Assembly: GCA_965224085.1 (NCBI GenBank)
Contig: CBDCYI010000011.1
Coordinates: forward strand, 1,248,001 to 1,312,000
Length of the DNA: 64,000 bases
Reading direction: 5' to 3'
Source of the DNA: Candidatus Marinacidobacterales bacterium
GTDB lineage: Bacteria; Acidobacteriota; Vicinamibacteria; Marinacidobacterales; SMYC01
Translations under genes and position numbers: made by a program
Shown here: one piece after another, positions 40,466-52,805 of the stretch
Layout: every line of letters starts with the position of its first letter
Numbering within the stretch: the first letter of the stretch is position 1
Notes under the pieces: generated by a model
What the model saw: only the letters and a program-made list of their open reading frames with translations
Databases searched by the model: none
What the model was told of the DNA's origin: nothing

Positions 40466-40894
40466 ATGAGAGGGGTCAACAAAGTCATACTCATCGGGAA
40501 CCTGGGGCGAGATCCGGAGATCCGATACACAAAGAGCGGCACGGCAGTCGCGAATCTCAATCTCGCCACTTCGGAGTCCTGGAACGACGCACAAGGAGAG
40601 CGCCAAGAGCGCACCGAGTGGCATCGTGTGGTCGCGTGGGACAAGCTCGCCGAGATCGCGAAGGAATATCTATCGAAAGGACGTCAAGTCTATATCGAAG
40701 GCCGGCTTCAGACGCGTTCGTGGGAGGACAAGGACGGCAACAAGCGCTACACCACCGAGATCCGAACCGACCAAATGGTCATGCTCGGCGGACGTGGGAT
40801 GGACGGACCGTCACGGGACTCAGCCCCACCGCCAGCACCGGACGACTACCGCCGGGAGCCATTTAAAGCGACCGACGAAGACGTCCCGTTCTAG
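40466..40894 (+). CDS. ssb: Single-stranded DNA-binding protein
   Basis: [22 protein letters not shown], acidic DEDVPF tail. Confidence 0.95.
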   Translation: MRGVNKVILIGNLGRDPEIRYTKSGTAVANLNLATSESWNDAQGERQERTEWHRVVAWDKLAEIAKEYLSKGRQVYIEGRLQTRSWEDKDGNKRYTTEIRTDQMVMLGGRGMDGPSRDSAPPPAPDDYRREPFKATDEDVPF

Positions 40895-40940
40895 GGGTTT
40901 TCCGTGCTGGTACCACCAGCTTCGCGCTTTTCGTGACGGG

Positions 40941-40985
40941 GACCGTGACCTGAACGCTGCGATCCATCTTTACCGTACGGTGAGC
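40941..40985 (+). pseudogene. TnpB C-terminal relic
   Basis: DRDLNAAIHLYRTVS resembles the TnpB terminal RuvC motif DRDxNAAxN. Confidence 0.5.
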
Positions 40986-41162
40986 GGCTGGGCGGATGGC
41001 AAGGATGCTGCTGCGGTCGTAGAAAAACCACAACGAGTGTGCGGGACAAGGATTCTAGCCGGATCGCAGGCGGAATAGATTACGGAGATCCGGAGGAAAC
41101 TAGTGGTGACTTGCTCGACTCCATTTCGTAGAATGGAGGTGGCTCCACCCCACAATCCATGA

Positions 41163-41856
41163 ATGAAACAGCTCCTAAAAAGAGGCGGGCCTGGCTTTGG
41201 TAGCGCTCCTGACGCCGCTCGCCGCCCTCGGCACGGTCGCTCTACTTCTCGCGCTCGGCGTTCTCTTCAACGCCTCCGGCGAGACGCTCGAGCCCACCCG
41301 AGAAGAACGCGCGCTTCTGCTCGACATCTGGCACTTATCCGCATGGATGGTCGGGTATACGCCCGACCTCGCAGGCGAACGCATGACCAAGACGCGCTAT
41401 TTCGACGACTCCTATGAAATCGAATACGTCTACGATCTTCCAGACGACGAAGAGGCTCCCTATCTCACCTATTCGCTGACCTTCGAAGGCACCGAAGCCG
41501 ACGCCCGCGGCACCTACACGTCGATCTGGGGAGGCACAAACGTCGCGTTCATGATGCTCGGCGATACCGAGGTCTCAGTCGACGAAAGGAGCGAGCTGTT
41601 TCGCTGGGGCGATTTCTCCCGTTTCGGAGTTCTCACAACAGACGGCGTCCCTTTCGGCAACGTCTTTCTCGCGCGGCGGGGAAGCATGGTCGTCTACCTC
41701 CTCCTCGCCGGTGTCTATTTCGACGAAGGCGAATCCGTATCGGAGCTTCTGACGTCCTACCTCGAAAAGTTAGACAGGCTCAGCGGCGCTGAGCCTTCAC
41801 ATGCTGGGCGGTCCAGCCCGGGTAAGAATAACTACCCATTCTTGGACGGACACTAA
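41163..41856 (+). CDS. Hypothetical membrane-anchored protein, possible frameshift near the 5' end
   Basis: 219-aa ORF from 41197; ATG 41163 (MKQLLKR) lies in an adjacent frame. Confidence 0.55.
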
Positions 41857-41915
41857 GAAGAGGACGGAGCGCTAAAGACGCCGTTTTCCATGAAAGCGGG
41901 CGGCGCTCCGGACGG

Positions 41916-43523
41916 CTACTCGTCCTTGTTCCGCTGCAATACGCCTCGGAGCCGCTCCACCGCACACATGCGTGAGGCGTTCGCCAGCTTCTCGAGCGCA
42001 CGCGCGTTGCCCGGATCCATCTGGAGCGCCTCCTCGTACATTTTGCTAGCGCGCGTATCCATGCCGTCTTTCTCGTAGAGCTCGCCGAGTGTCAACATGG
42101 TGTTCGTGTCGAAATGCTCCGATTCGAGAACTTTCAGAAGATGCTCTTCTGCCCGATGGCGCCACCTCGGGCTCTTAGCGAGCGCGTATCCGAGCAGGCG
42201 ATGATATTTCGGATTCGATCCGTCGAGACGCACGGCATCCTGGAGCTCAGCAATCGCTTCATGGTAGCGCTCCTGGTCGTAATACGTTTGTCCGTTTTCG
42301 TGATGCAGGCGCGCCATCTGTTTCGCGTCGAAGCTGCGCGCGGACTTCTCGCGCTCCTTCGACGACGGTTCGTCGTTCGCGGTGGCCTGCTCTGGTCTGA
42401 CGGCGGTTCGCGGCTTTCGCATCTGTATCTTCTCGAGGCTGAAGTCGTAGCGACGCCGTTCGGCATCGCTCGAGAGCACCTCGTAGGCCGCCTTGGTGGC
42501 CAGATAAAGGTCATCGAGCACGCCGTCCTCGTCCCGAATCTTGAGACTCGCACGATGCTCGGGGTGTAGCTTTTGGGCGAATTTGAAATAGCCGGCTTTG
42601 ACCTCGTCGCTCGAGGCGTTCGGAGCGATTTCGAGCAACTCGTAATACGTGACTTCGTGCGCGGTGGCATGTTTCGCGTGCATCTCGTCACAAAAACGCT
42701 TGGCTTCCGGCGAAAGCTCGGGCTCGACATCCTTTTTGACTGTCTCGAGCCGTGGAGGTTCGGGCGGCGGCTTGGGTGGGCGGATCACGTCCGGCCGCGT
42801 CTCGACGAGCAGCCGGGGGGTGCTTTCGACCACCAAAACGCCGGCTACGACCAGCGCGCAAATCAAGCGCAGTGTGTCGTTCTCACCCATTGGAGAGAGC
42901 TGTAAGATCTCCAAAGCCGTGGCTGCGCCATCCACCCGCGACAGCAAGAACCCTTCTTCAGGGGTCAACCGCAGATTGGCATCCATCCACGACGATTCTT
43001 TCGCGAAGCGAAGCGTGCCGTTGAGATCTCCGATGCCGGCGCGGATGGAATCTTCGTCTTCGAGCGCGCGCAGGGCATCGAGGACGACGTTCTCGACCGA
43101 TATGTCCGCCCGCTGGAGGTCTTCGTCCACCGGACTCTCGTTCAGCTCGGTACGGAAGGAGCCCGACTCCCAAGAGATCACCGATCGGATGATGGTCTCG
43201 ACCTGCTTTTTGATGTGGCCGTCGAGCTCGTCGTCTGAAATATATCCCAAATCGACGAGGGTTCTTCCGAGGCGAAGCTCTGATGCTTCGCGCACTTTGC
43301 ACGCGAGGTCGAGCTCCTTCCGTTTGAGCTTCCCCGACCGCACGATGAGCTCCCCAAGCCGGTCCTCGCCCAGGTCCGAGTCTGCATAGACGACACGACC
43401 GTCTTTGAAGTACACGCGCTTCGTCGCGCCATCGCGGGCGAGATGCACGATTCCGGAGCGGCGAGATGCGCGAAAGCCATCGAGGACTTCCGTCAGCTGG
43501 AGCGGCTGTAATGTGCCCTCCAT
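41916..43523 (-). CDS. DUF4388 plus J-domain plus TPR protein
   Basis: MEGTL...RRSGIVHL...KRVYFKDG (DUF4388), YYELLEI...KLHPE, C-terminal TPRs. Confidence 0.85.
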   Translation of the reverse strand: MEGTLQPLQLTEVLDGFRASRRSGIVHLARDGATKRVYFKDGRVVYADSDLGEDRLGELIVRSGKLKRKELDLACKVREASELRLGRTLVDLGYISDDELDGHIKKQVETIIRSVISWESGSFRTELNESPVDEDLQRADISVENVVLDALRALEDEDSIRAGIGDLNGTLRFAKESSWMDANLRLTPEEGFLLSRVDGAATALEILQLSPMGENDTLRLICALVVAGVLVVESTPRLLVETRPDVIRPPKPPPEPPRLETVKKDVEPELSPEAKRFCDEMHAKHATAHEVTYYELLEIAPNASSDEVKAGYFKFAQKLHPEHRASLKIRDEDGVLDDLYLATKAAYEVLSSDAERRRYDFSLEKIQMRKPRTAVRPEQATANDEPSSKEREKSARSFDAKQMARLHHENGQTYYDQERYHEAIAELQDAVRLDGSNPKYHRLLGYALAKSPRWRHRAEEHLLKVLESEHFDTNTMLTLGELYEKDGMDTRASKMYEEALQMDPGNARALEKLANASRMCAVERLRGVLQRNKDE

Positions 43524-43796
43524 CGCGAGACTCCTTTCAACCGGCGTCTGCCCAACATTCGCCACCGGACCGAGAGGCGGCTCCAGAGGTGCAAGGCGAC
43601 GATTGTCCCGCAATTACGGGGTCCGCGTCAAGCCGCCGACGATCCCAAACCGGTCACAAAAATGCTCCACGAGAAAGGGGCTCTGGGGATGTCACGTTCA
43701 AAGCGACTTGCGACCTTGTCCTCTCCGTCTGACGAGATGCACGAAGCCTTCGACGCCGCGGTCAAACGCGTCCGCGCCGTTTGCAGGAGTGAATGG

Positions 43797-43833
43797 TGGA
43801 CGCCGCCTCGAGAAATGGGCGGGGCGGCGTCCA
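43797..43833. terminator. GC-rich hairpin, possible terminator
   Basis: TGGACGCCGCC...GGCGGCGTCCA just past the stop at 43840. Confidence 0.45.
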
Positions 43834-43839
43834 TCCTTT

Positions 43840-44035
43840 CTACGCATTCTCTTTTAGGAACGCGGCGAGAGCATTCAAACGCTCGTCCCAGTAAGCTTTC
43901 AATTTCGTCGCCTCCGCCTTCGTCGCGAGCTTCTGGTGCTGCACCGCGACATGACTCTTCGACAGAGCCTTGGCCGTGAAATAGACGTTGACCGCCGTTG
44001 CATCCCCCCAGGTCATGCGGATGGAGTTCGCGTAC
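43840..44035 (-). pseudogene. C-terminal remnant of a conserved hypothetical protein
   Basis: SIRMTWGD...VYFTAK...VAVQHQKLA...KAYWDERL. Confidence 0.45.
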
Positions 44036-44101
44036 CCGAAACGTAGCACTCGAATCCTTTGGTAGCCTCGTGAGAGTGCAGTATCCTTCCTCGAGGAAGT
44101 C

Positions 44102-44956
44102 GTGACCATGAAAGCGTCGCCAAAACTCACTCTTGGGCTTCTCGTTCTTGTGACGTCGCTATGGCCCTCCTATGCTTCCGGAGCCAAGCTGCGCGGAGAC
44201 ACGCGCGAGGCCTGGGAGAGCTATCGCGGCCTCACCGAAAAGCGCATCGAGAAGGAGCTCGGCGCGAGCGACGGCTTTCTTATTCACGATTACATGAGCG
44301 CGGGTGATGCTGCGGCCGTACGACAAGCGCTCGCCTCCGGCCAGATCTTCATCAAGAAGTTGAAGACCTTGAACGAGGAAGGCGGCGAGGTCCGGATCCC
44401 TAAAGGAATCATCCATCATTGGTACGGCAGCGTGCTCGTTCCGGGCGCGAGCCTCGATGACGTGCTCGCCTGGGTACAAGATTACGACAACCATGCGGAC
44501 TACTTCGATGAAGTCGAAGAATCGAACTTGGTATCGCGAACCGGCGAGGTGTTCGACGTCTTTTTGAGATTGCGCCGGAAAAAAGTCATCACGGTGCACT
44601 ACAACACCGAGCATCAAGTGACCTACGAGCGCCGCTCCCCCGACGAGGCCGTAAGCCGGAGCGCGTCGACGCGTATCGCCGAGATCAACCATCCAGGAAC
44701 CGACCGCGAGCGCGAGAAGCCGGTAGAGAACGATCGCGGATTTCTGTGGCGGTTGAACTCCTATTGGCGATTCCGACACACACCCGAAGGCGTCATCGTC
44801 GAGTGCGAGTCCATCGGGTTGAGCCGGACGATCCCCGTCGCGTTCCGCTGGGTCGTGCAGCCGTTCATCACGTCGGTGCCGCGCGACTCCCTTTTGGCCA
44901 CGCTCGAGCCGCTGCGAGACGCTTTCCGCGGAAGTCGGCGCCAATCCGCTTTTTGA
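44102..44956 (+). CDS. Secreted conserved hypothetical protein (START/SRPBCC-like)
   Basis: Signal peptide; IHHWYG, QDYD, GFLWRLNSYWRF. Confidence 0.75.
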   Translation: MTMKASPKLTLGLLVLVTSLWPSYASGAKLRGDTREAWESYRGLTEKRIEKELGASDGFLIHDYMSAGDAAAVRQALASGQIFIKKLKTLNEEGGEVRIPKGIIHHWYGSVLVPGASLDDVLAWVQDYDNHADYFDEVEESNLVSRTGEVFDVFLRLRRKKVITVHYNTEHQVTYERRSPDEAVSRSASTRIAEINHPGTDREREKPVENDRGFLWRLNSYWRFRHTPEGVIVECESIGLSRTIPVAFRWVVQPFITSVPRDSLLATLEPLRDAFRGSRRQSAF

Positions 44957-45001
44957 TCTCGTAGCCCATCACTTCAGTCGTGAGAGTATCCTGGATGCTG
45001 A

Positions 45002-46030
45002 ATGATGATCGCAACCGAAGTCGTCTCGAGGATCCCGGCCATCGATCGCACCCGGGTCGGCGACACCGTCGGCAAGACCCACGGCGATCTGCTCGAGCTC
45101 GTGCCTGAAATCCATCAACTCGAACTGGACAACGCATTCGCCGAAGCTTCAGAAGACGCGAAGAAAGAACCTTTCGTGCTGTGTTGGAACGGTGAGCGGG
45201 GGCGTTTCGTGCTAGAGGAGACACCGCTCCCCTTCGCAGACATCTACCTCCTGAACGAGATGGACGCGGGCATGGCGCGCACGAACAACGCGCATACCGT
45301 ACGTCGCTTGGCCGAGCGCCTGGATTTCAACTATCTATATGCCGTCGAGTTTCTGGAGCTGACCAAAGGAGAGCCCGCCGAGCGCCAATCCCCGGGAGAG
45401 AACACGCTCGGCTTTCATGGCAACGCCATCCTCACGCGCTACGTCATCCACGAGCCTCGGATGTTGCGCCTCGAAGGCGGCTCGCAGTGGCTCGACGACG
45501 ATCAAAAACGCATCGGCACACGCATGGCGCTCGCTTGCCTCGTCGATACCGAGAGAGGACCGATACGGATCGTCTGCACGCATCTCGAATCCGAATCTCC
45601 CCCAGCGCTGCGAGCACAACAGATGCAGCAAATCTTGGAGTTTTTGGCAATCGACGGAAGCGATGTCCCGACGATCGTCGGCGGAGACTGGAACACGTGG
45701 AGTTTCGATAAGCGCGATGAGCAGGAAAAAGGGCGCCTCGCACGGGATCCGGAGAGCCCGGGGAGACTTCTTCGCCCGATGCCTTGGGAGCCTCTTTTCC
45801 AAGCCCTCACGTCTCACGGCTATACCTACGAATCCGCCAATGACTTGACGCGCGGGACCTATCCCGTGGCGGGCTTTCCTATCGAAGCGCGCCTCGATTG
45901 GCTCGCGGCAAAGGGAATGGGCGCCAAGGACCCTGTCGTGATCCCGGCCGCTAAGTCGCCTCGGCAGAATCGCCCTTTGTCCGACCATCACGCCATCGGT
46001 GCGCGCTTCGTGGTGGATGGCTCGGACTAG
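45002..46030 (+). CDS. Endonuclease/exonuclease/phosphatase family protein
   Basis: WNGERG, LNEMD, HGNAILTR, THLE, GGDWN, LSDH. Confidence 0.88.
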   Translation: MMIATEVVSRIPAIDRTRVGDTVGKTHGDLLELVPEIHQLELDNAFAEASEDAKKEPFVLCWNGERGRFVLEETPLPFADIYLLNEMDAGMARTNNAHTVRRLAERLDFNYLYAVEFLELTKGEPAERQSPGENTLGFHGNAILTRYVIHEPRMLRLEGGSQWLDDDQKRIGTRMALACLVDTERGPIRIVCTHLESESPPALRAQQMQQILEFLAIDGSDVPTIVGGDWNTWSFDKRDEQEKGRLARDPESPGRLLRPMPWEPLFQALTSHGYTYESANDLTRGTYPVAGFPIEARLDWLAAKGMGAKDPVVIPAAKSPRQNRPLSDHHAIGARFVVDGSD

Positions 46031-46096
46031 CTCGTGCTGCCACGGTAGCTACGCGGTTGTGGATGCCCGCTCGCGCCAGGAAAAAATGGAATCTTC

Positions 46097-46125
46097 TTGC
46101 ATACCAGACAAATGTCTGGTATGGT
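46097..46125 (+). promoter_or_regulatory. lexA-cassette promoter with a palindromic operator (11-bp arms)
   Basis: TTGCAT-17-TATGGT overlapped by CATACCAGACA-AA-TGTCTGGTATG; ATG at 46133 (probably leaderless). Confidence 0.75.
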
Positions 46126-46132
46126 TCCTAGC

Positions 46133-46445
46133 ATGCCGGAAACGCCCCCTGGTGAGACGCGCGAGCGGGTCTACTGCTACGTTCGGGAGCGTCTTTTCGA
46201 AGGGCGAGCGCCTACGATCCGCGAGGTCCAGCATGCGTTCTCGTTTCGGGCGGTCGAGACGGCGCGCGGGCATCTCGAAGCGCTCGTCCAGGAAGGTCGC
46301 CTCGCCAAAAAAAGCGGCCAGGCACGTGGGTTCGCGCTGCCGGAGCTCGAGGGGTTAGCTATCCCCAGGCTCGTGCCCATTCTCGGGCGCGTGCAAGCGG
46401 GTGCATCGAGCACCGCGGTCCAGGATCTCGACGGTTACCTTCACT
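46133..46445 (+). pseudogene. lexA: LexA N-terminal part; peptidase domain deleted
   Basis: PTIREV winged helix and VPILGRVQAG cleavage site, then truncated. Confidence 0.85.
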
Positions 46446-46454
46446 TTGAAGCAA

Positions 46455-46907
46455 AGCACCTTCTTCCCTCCCGACGCGGCGGCGTCCGGCATTTCGCTCG
46501 CACATCTCGCGGTCGTGCGGGTGAACAATGCGCGCTCAGCGACACGGGCGACGGTCGAGCTCACGCGTTCGAACGGTTTCGACCTCGTCGTGCTCGATCT
46601 CGGATCTTACGCCATTCGAGAAAAACTCGTGCGCCGCGACAAACGTCGAAGTGGCCGAAATTACCTTTCGACGCCGCTTCTCACCAAACTCGTCGGCTTG
46701 GCTCGCAAGAACGCGACCGCCGCCGTCGTGCTCACTGAGAAAACCGATCGGATGAGCTCGGTCAGCTCTCTCATTTCACTGCGTGCTGAAGCCCGGCGCG
46801 GCAAAGACGCACCACACGCTGTCGAGGTGGAGGTCTTGAAGGACAAGCGCCGGGGGCCGGGCCGTCTCCACCGCGAGGTCTGTCATGTCCCGGCTGGCTT
46901 GCGTTGA
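46455..46907 (+). pseudogene. imuA: ImuA/RecA-like protein, C-terminal remnant
   Basis: FFPPDAAASG...LAVVRV...FDLVVLD...VEVLKDKRRGPG; no Walker A region. Confidence 0.65.
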
Positions 46908-48135
46908 CATCCCTGCCTTCCCTCTTCAGCTCCTCTTGAAGGAGCATCCCGATTGGCGCAACTTTGCCGGCTGTCGTCGTCGCCGAAGAAAAACCGCAAG
47001 CGTTCATCTTGTGGGTGAACGACAAGGCGAGACGGCTCGGCATCCGTCCCGGACATCGTTACGCGGCGGGGCTCGCGCTGTCGCGAGAGCTGCGGGCGGG
47101 TGCCATCGGAGAAACTCTCATAGACAAAGAAGTCGAAGCCATCACACAGCAACCTTCGTCACTTCACACCCGACGTCGAGCCTGCGGATGCGACATGGCA
47201 CTCCCCTGGCCTTTTTTTGGCTGAACGCTTCGGGGCTCGGACATTTGTTTCCTTCGCTCGAAAGCTGGGGCGAGAATATCCGCGCCGCACTCGACAAGAT
47301 AGGCTTTTATACTTCCGTCGCCATCGGCTTCTCGCGTTTCGGAACCTACGCCGTTGCGCGGGCCTTACGCGGGCTCTGTGTTTTCGAAAGCACGCGAGAC
47401 GAAGACCGCGCAGCGCAGCGCGTGCCGTTGTCGCGGCTCGACATTCCACCTGACGCGCAAGAGTCTTTTATCAAGCTCCACATCCGGACGGTCGCGGATT
47501 TTCTGTGTTTGCCTCCCAAAGGGCTCTTGAAACGATTTGGCCCCGAAGTCGAAGCATTCCAACGTCTCGCCGCGGGCGATCTTTTCGCACCGCTCACGCC
47601 CGAGCCTCCGAAAGAGCCACTGACAAAAACGATGGAGCTGCCCGGCCCAGTGGCCGATAGTGAGCGGCTTCTGTTCTTCGTCAAACAGCTCCTCGACACG
47701 CTTCTTCAGGATCTCGAGGCCAAGAGCCTCGCACTCACGAAGCTTTTTCTCCGGCTCGAGCTCGACGATCACCGCTCGCTCGAAGAAGTGCTGCGCCCCG
47801 ATGCGCCCACGCTCGCGAGCCCACTTCTGCTCGGGCTCGTGCGCTTGCGGCTCGAGACATTGCGCCTCGACGCCGGCGCGGTCGAGCTTTTCCTTCGCGC
47901 CGAAGCGGTACGCAAAACGGTGGAGCAGCTTTTGCTCGCTCGAGAGAAGCCGAAGCGCGAACCGAGAAAACAGAGCCGCGCTTTCGCGAGACTCCGGGCC
48001 GAGTTCGGAGACGAAGCGGTCGTGCAAGCGGAGCTATTGAAAGGCCACCTCCCGAGCGCGCGTTTTCAATGGACGCCTCTCGAGAGCCTCCCAACACTTA
48101 GTCCGCTAATAAACCCGCCGCCTCTGGCGGCGTGA
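46885..48135 (+). pseudogene. imuB: ImuB (Y-family polymerase-like), frameshifted and truncated
   Basis: RLACVDIPAFPLQ; ARRLGIRPG lies in another frame; LRAEFG near the end. Confidence 0.75.
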
Positions 48136-48178
48136 CCCGAAGAGCTTCGAGCGATCCGGCGTGTGCTAGGTTCCCCCT

Positions 48179-50298
<2,120 letters not shown>

Positions 50299-50310
50299 AT
50301 CTGCTACCAG

Positions 50311-50763
50311 CTACCTGCTTGTCACTTTTCGAGGGAGCTGATATCGAGCGAAGCGTCTTCGATCGCGATGCGGGTCACTTCCGTACCCGGTCGGCACTCT
50401 GAACGAGAAGTTGCAAGTACAAGTCTCTTGCGAGCCCGCGTCGCGAAACGACTGCGCCGTCTTGTACTCGTTTCCGGCGTCATCGAAAAGCAACGGTTTG
50501 GGAACGTCCCGGCCCTCGAACGCGGGAAGAACTTTCACGCCGATCTGGATCGTCGCGAACTCATTGTCCTCTACCGGTCGAATAACGCCTCTGACGATAT
50601 TTTCCCCTGGGGGACAATCTTGAAGGCTCACCCTCTTGGACCGCGAAACACTTTTCGCAGTCAGCTCCAGTCCGCTATATGTGGCCGTGTCATCGGCACC
50701 CGCCTGCAACACGACACCGCCGAGCGCGACGACGAACCCGAGACGAGAGATACGAATCCTCAT
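50311..50763 (-). CDS. Hypothetical secreted protein, 3' end possibly frameshifted
   Basis: Signal-peptide-like N-terminus, 150 aa. Confidence 0.5.
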   Translation of the reverse strand: MRIRISRLGFVVALGGVVLQAGADDTATYSGLELTAKSVSRSKRVSLQDCPPGENIVRGVIRPVEDNEFATIQIGVKVLPAFEGRDVPKPLLFDDAGNEYKTAQSFRDAGSQETCTCNFSFRVPTGYGSDPHRDRRRFARYQLPRKVTSR

Positions 50764-50819
50764 GAGGCGACACTCCTAACGCTCGGGTAGCGACGCACGC
50801 CGCTACCCGACAAAGATGT

Positions 50820-51632
50820 TTATAGTCGCCGATCCGGCCAAATCAACGTGCGCCACATGTGGGTCGTTGGCGAGTTGTCCCAACCGAGCCCTTCCTCGGG
50901 CTGCTTGAAGTGGCGAGCGATGACCTCGCGGAACGGGTCGATCGACACCTTGGCGTTCCGGTCGAACGAATAGAGATCGTTCACCGTCACGAGCCTCGGA
51001 TACTCGTACCATTTGTGATTCTTGACCCACTTGTGCGTCTCCTGCAGATACGGCTCCGGCACGTAGTCTTCGCCAAACGACCGGAAATAACTTTCCGGAT
51101 ACTCGTAGCCGTATTCCGCGTCCGGAAAAAACCGCAAGCACTGGTGGTAGCGGATCGCGAACGCCGTTTTTTCCGGGACGTAGGGCTCGACGAGTTGCGC
51201 ACCCCACCACCCGTGATCCGGACGGATCAAATTGAGGACTACGTCGTGCAGCAAGCAGGCCAGGATGATCTCTTCGGACATCCCGGTGGTGAGCGCGCGG
51301 TTCGCGCTCTGCAATACGTGGTTCGCCGGCGCGAACCGATACTCGAAGAAGTCCTCGAGCGTCGGTTTTTCCGGCATGGGCTCGAGTTTCCTCAGCCTGC
51401 CGTCACGCCCCTGCCTAAAGAGGAACCCGGCCCCGTTGCGAGCCGGACGAGTGAGGTCCTCGTTCCTCGCCGCGAGATCGGCCACCGTCGGATATTCGGG
51501 CTCGTCCGCGGCCGCATTCAGCTGCTCCTCCATATAGTGCTCGAGAGCATCGGCCTTCTGATCCGGGGTCATCAGTGCAACGGCTGCCGCCCCACCAAGA
51601 CTGTGAAATAGAGCGCGACGATCGATTTCCAT
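50820..51632 (-). CDS. HD-domain metalloprotein with a Tat-like leader
   Basis: IDRRALF leader; NHVLQSA, LLHD, DHG, IRYH and NDLY motifs (PhnZ/MIOX-like His pattern). Confidence 0.75.
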   Translation of the reverse strand: MEIDRRALFHSLGGAAAVALMTPDQKADALEHYMEEQLNAAADEPEYPTVADLAARNEDLTRPARNGAGFLFRQGRDGRLRKLEPMPEKPTLEDFFEYRFAPANHVLQSANRALTTGMSEEIILACLLHDVVLNLIRPDHGWWGAQLVEPYVPEKTAFAIRYHQCLRFFPDAEYGYEYPESYFRSFGEDYVPEPYLQETHKWVKNHKWYEYPRLVTVNDLYSFDRNAKVSIDPFREVIARHFKQPEEGLGWDNSPTTHMWRTLIWPDRRL

Positions 51633-51769
51633 GAGCTATCCTCTCATCCGCAGCCGGTACCCTCGATGGTCGCACCAGCTACCAAGCTATGAGACCACCG
51701 ATGATCATCCCCGAGCGCGACCTGGCCGGCGCCACGCCGGAGAGATTGGCCCGCGCGTTGCTGAGTCCC

Positions 51770-52803
51770 TTACGACCTCGCCATCGAACTGAGCCCGTTC
51801 TTGGCGACGAGGTCACGGTAGAGAAGTCGGTGTCCGACAAGCCGAGCGACGGTGTCGAGCATTTGGTCGAGAGTTCCTAGGTCGCGGATGTTGTGCTTCT
51901 CAGCGAACTCATTAACGTAGCGTTGTAAGTGCTTGGGGCTCATCTTGTGGAACGTCCCCTTGTGCGCCCGCTTGAGCATCGACCAGAAGCTCTCAATCCC
52001 GTTGGTGTGCGCCATTCCGTTGACGTACTCTTTGACGCTGTGCTTCACCGTCTCGTGATTGGGTAGACCGACATAGCCTCTGTGGTCGTCGGTGTAGAGC
52101 TTCGCGCTAGGATCGACATTCTTCGCGACGAAGCCTTGGAGCGTCGGTTGGTCGGTGTTGCCGATGACCTCGGCGCTGACACGGTTCGTCCGGCGGTCCT
52201 TCGCGCGATGACGGCCGTCTTCCCTGCGGATCCTCGGCCCTTAATAGCCTGCTCGCGCTTGTGGGCGTGCTGCATGTTGCGAGCCTTCCCGCCGAAGAAG
52301 GTTTCGTCTACCTCGACAGGCCCGGCGAACGATTTGCCGTTAGGACCGCTCCACGCTTCTCGAATCCGATGGAGCATGAACCAAGCCGCGGCCTGTGAGA
52401 CGCCGATGTCTCGGTGGAGCTTCATGCTCGAGACGCCTTTGAGACTAGTCAAGCAGAGGTAGATGGCGATAACCCATTTGCGGAGCGCGATCTTAGAATG
52501 GGCAATAGGGGTGCCCGTGCGAACGCTGAAGTAGCTCCGGCAGGTGGAGCACCAGTAGGGCATCGGCTTTTCGTTCGGGACTTCGCTGGTGCTGAGGCTA
52601 CCGCAATGTCCGCAGCACCGAGTGCCATGCCAGATTGCAGCCTCGAACCATTTGGTTGCCGCTTCATCGGTCGGGAACATGTCCATGAGCTGAACAACGG
52701 TTATGCCTTCCCGGTGCCCTCGCCCTGGGGAGTTGTATCGCGTCATCATGATCGTAGAATACACGATCACGGGCGCCTTGTCAAGCGTTTCTTATAGTTC
52801 CCC
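51770..52803 (-). mobile_element. IS1595-family (ISXO2-like) element with frameshifted transposase; one end visible
   Basis: CCGHC...CSTC zinc ribbon, KGVSSMKLHRD, VEVDETF, HTNGIESFWS, LQRYVNEF; end GGGGAACTATA at 52803; TTGACA-17-TATTCT promoter. Confidence 0.85.
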
Positions 52804-52805
52804 TT

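Noticed and set aside
51680-51700. Second IS1595 terminal repeat
   Set aside because: Only about 8 of 11 bases match and the terminal GGGG is missing
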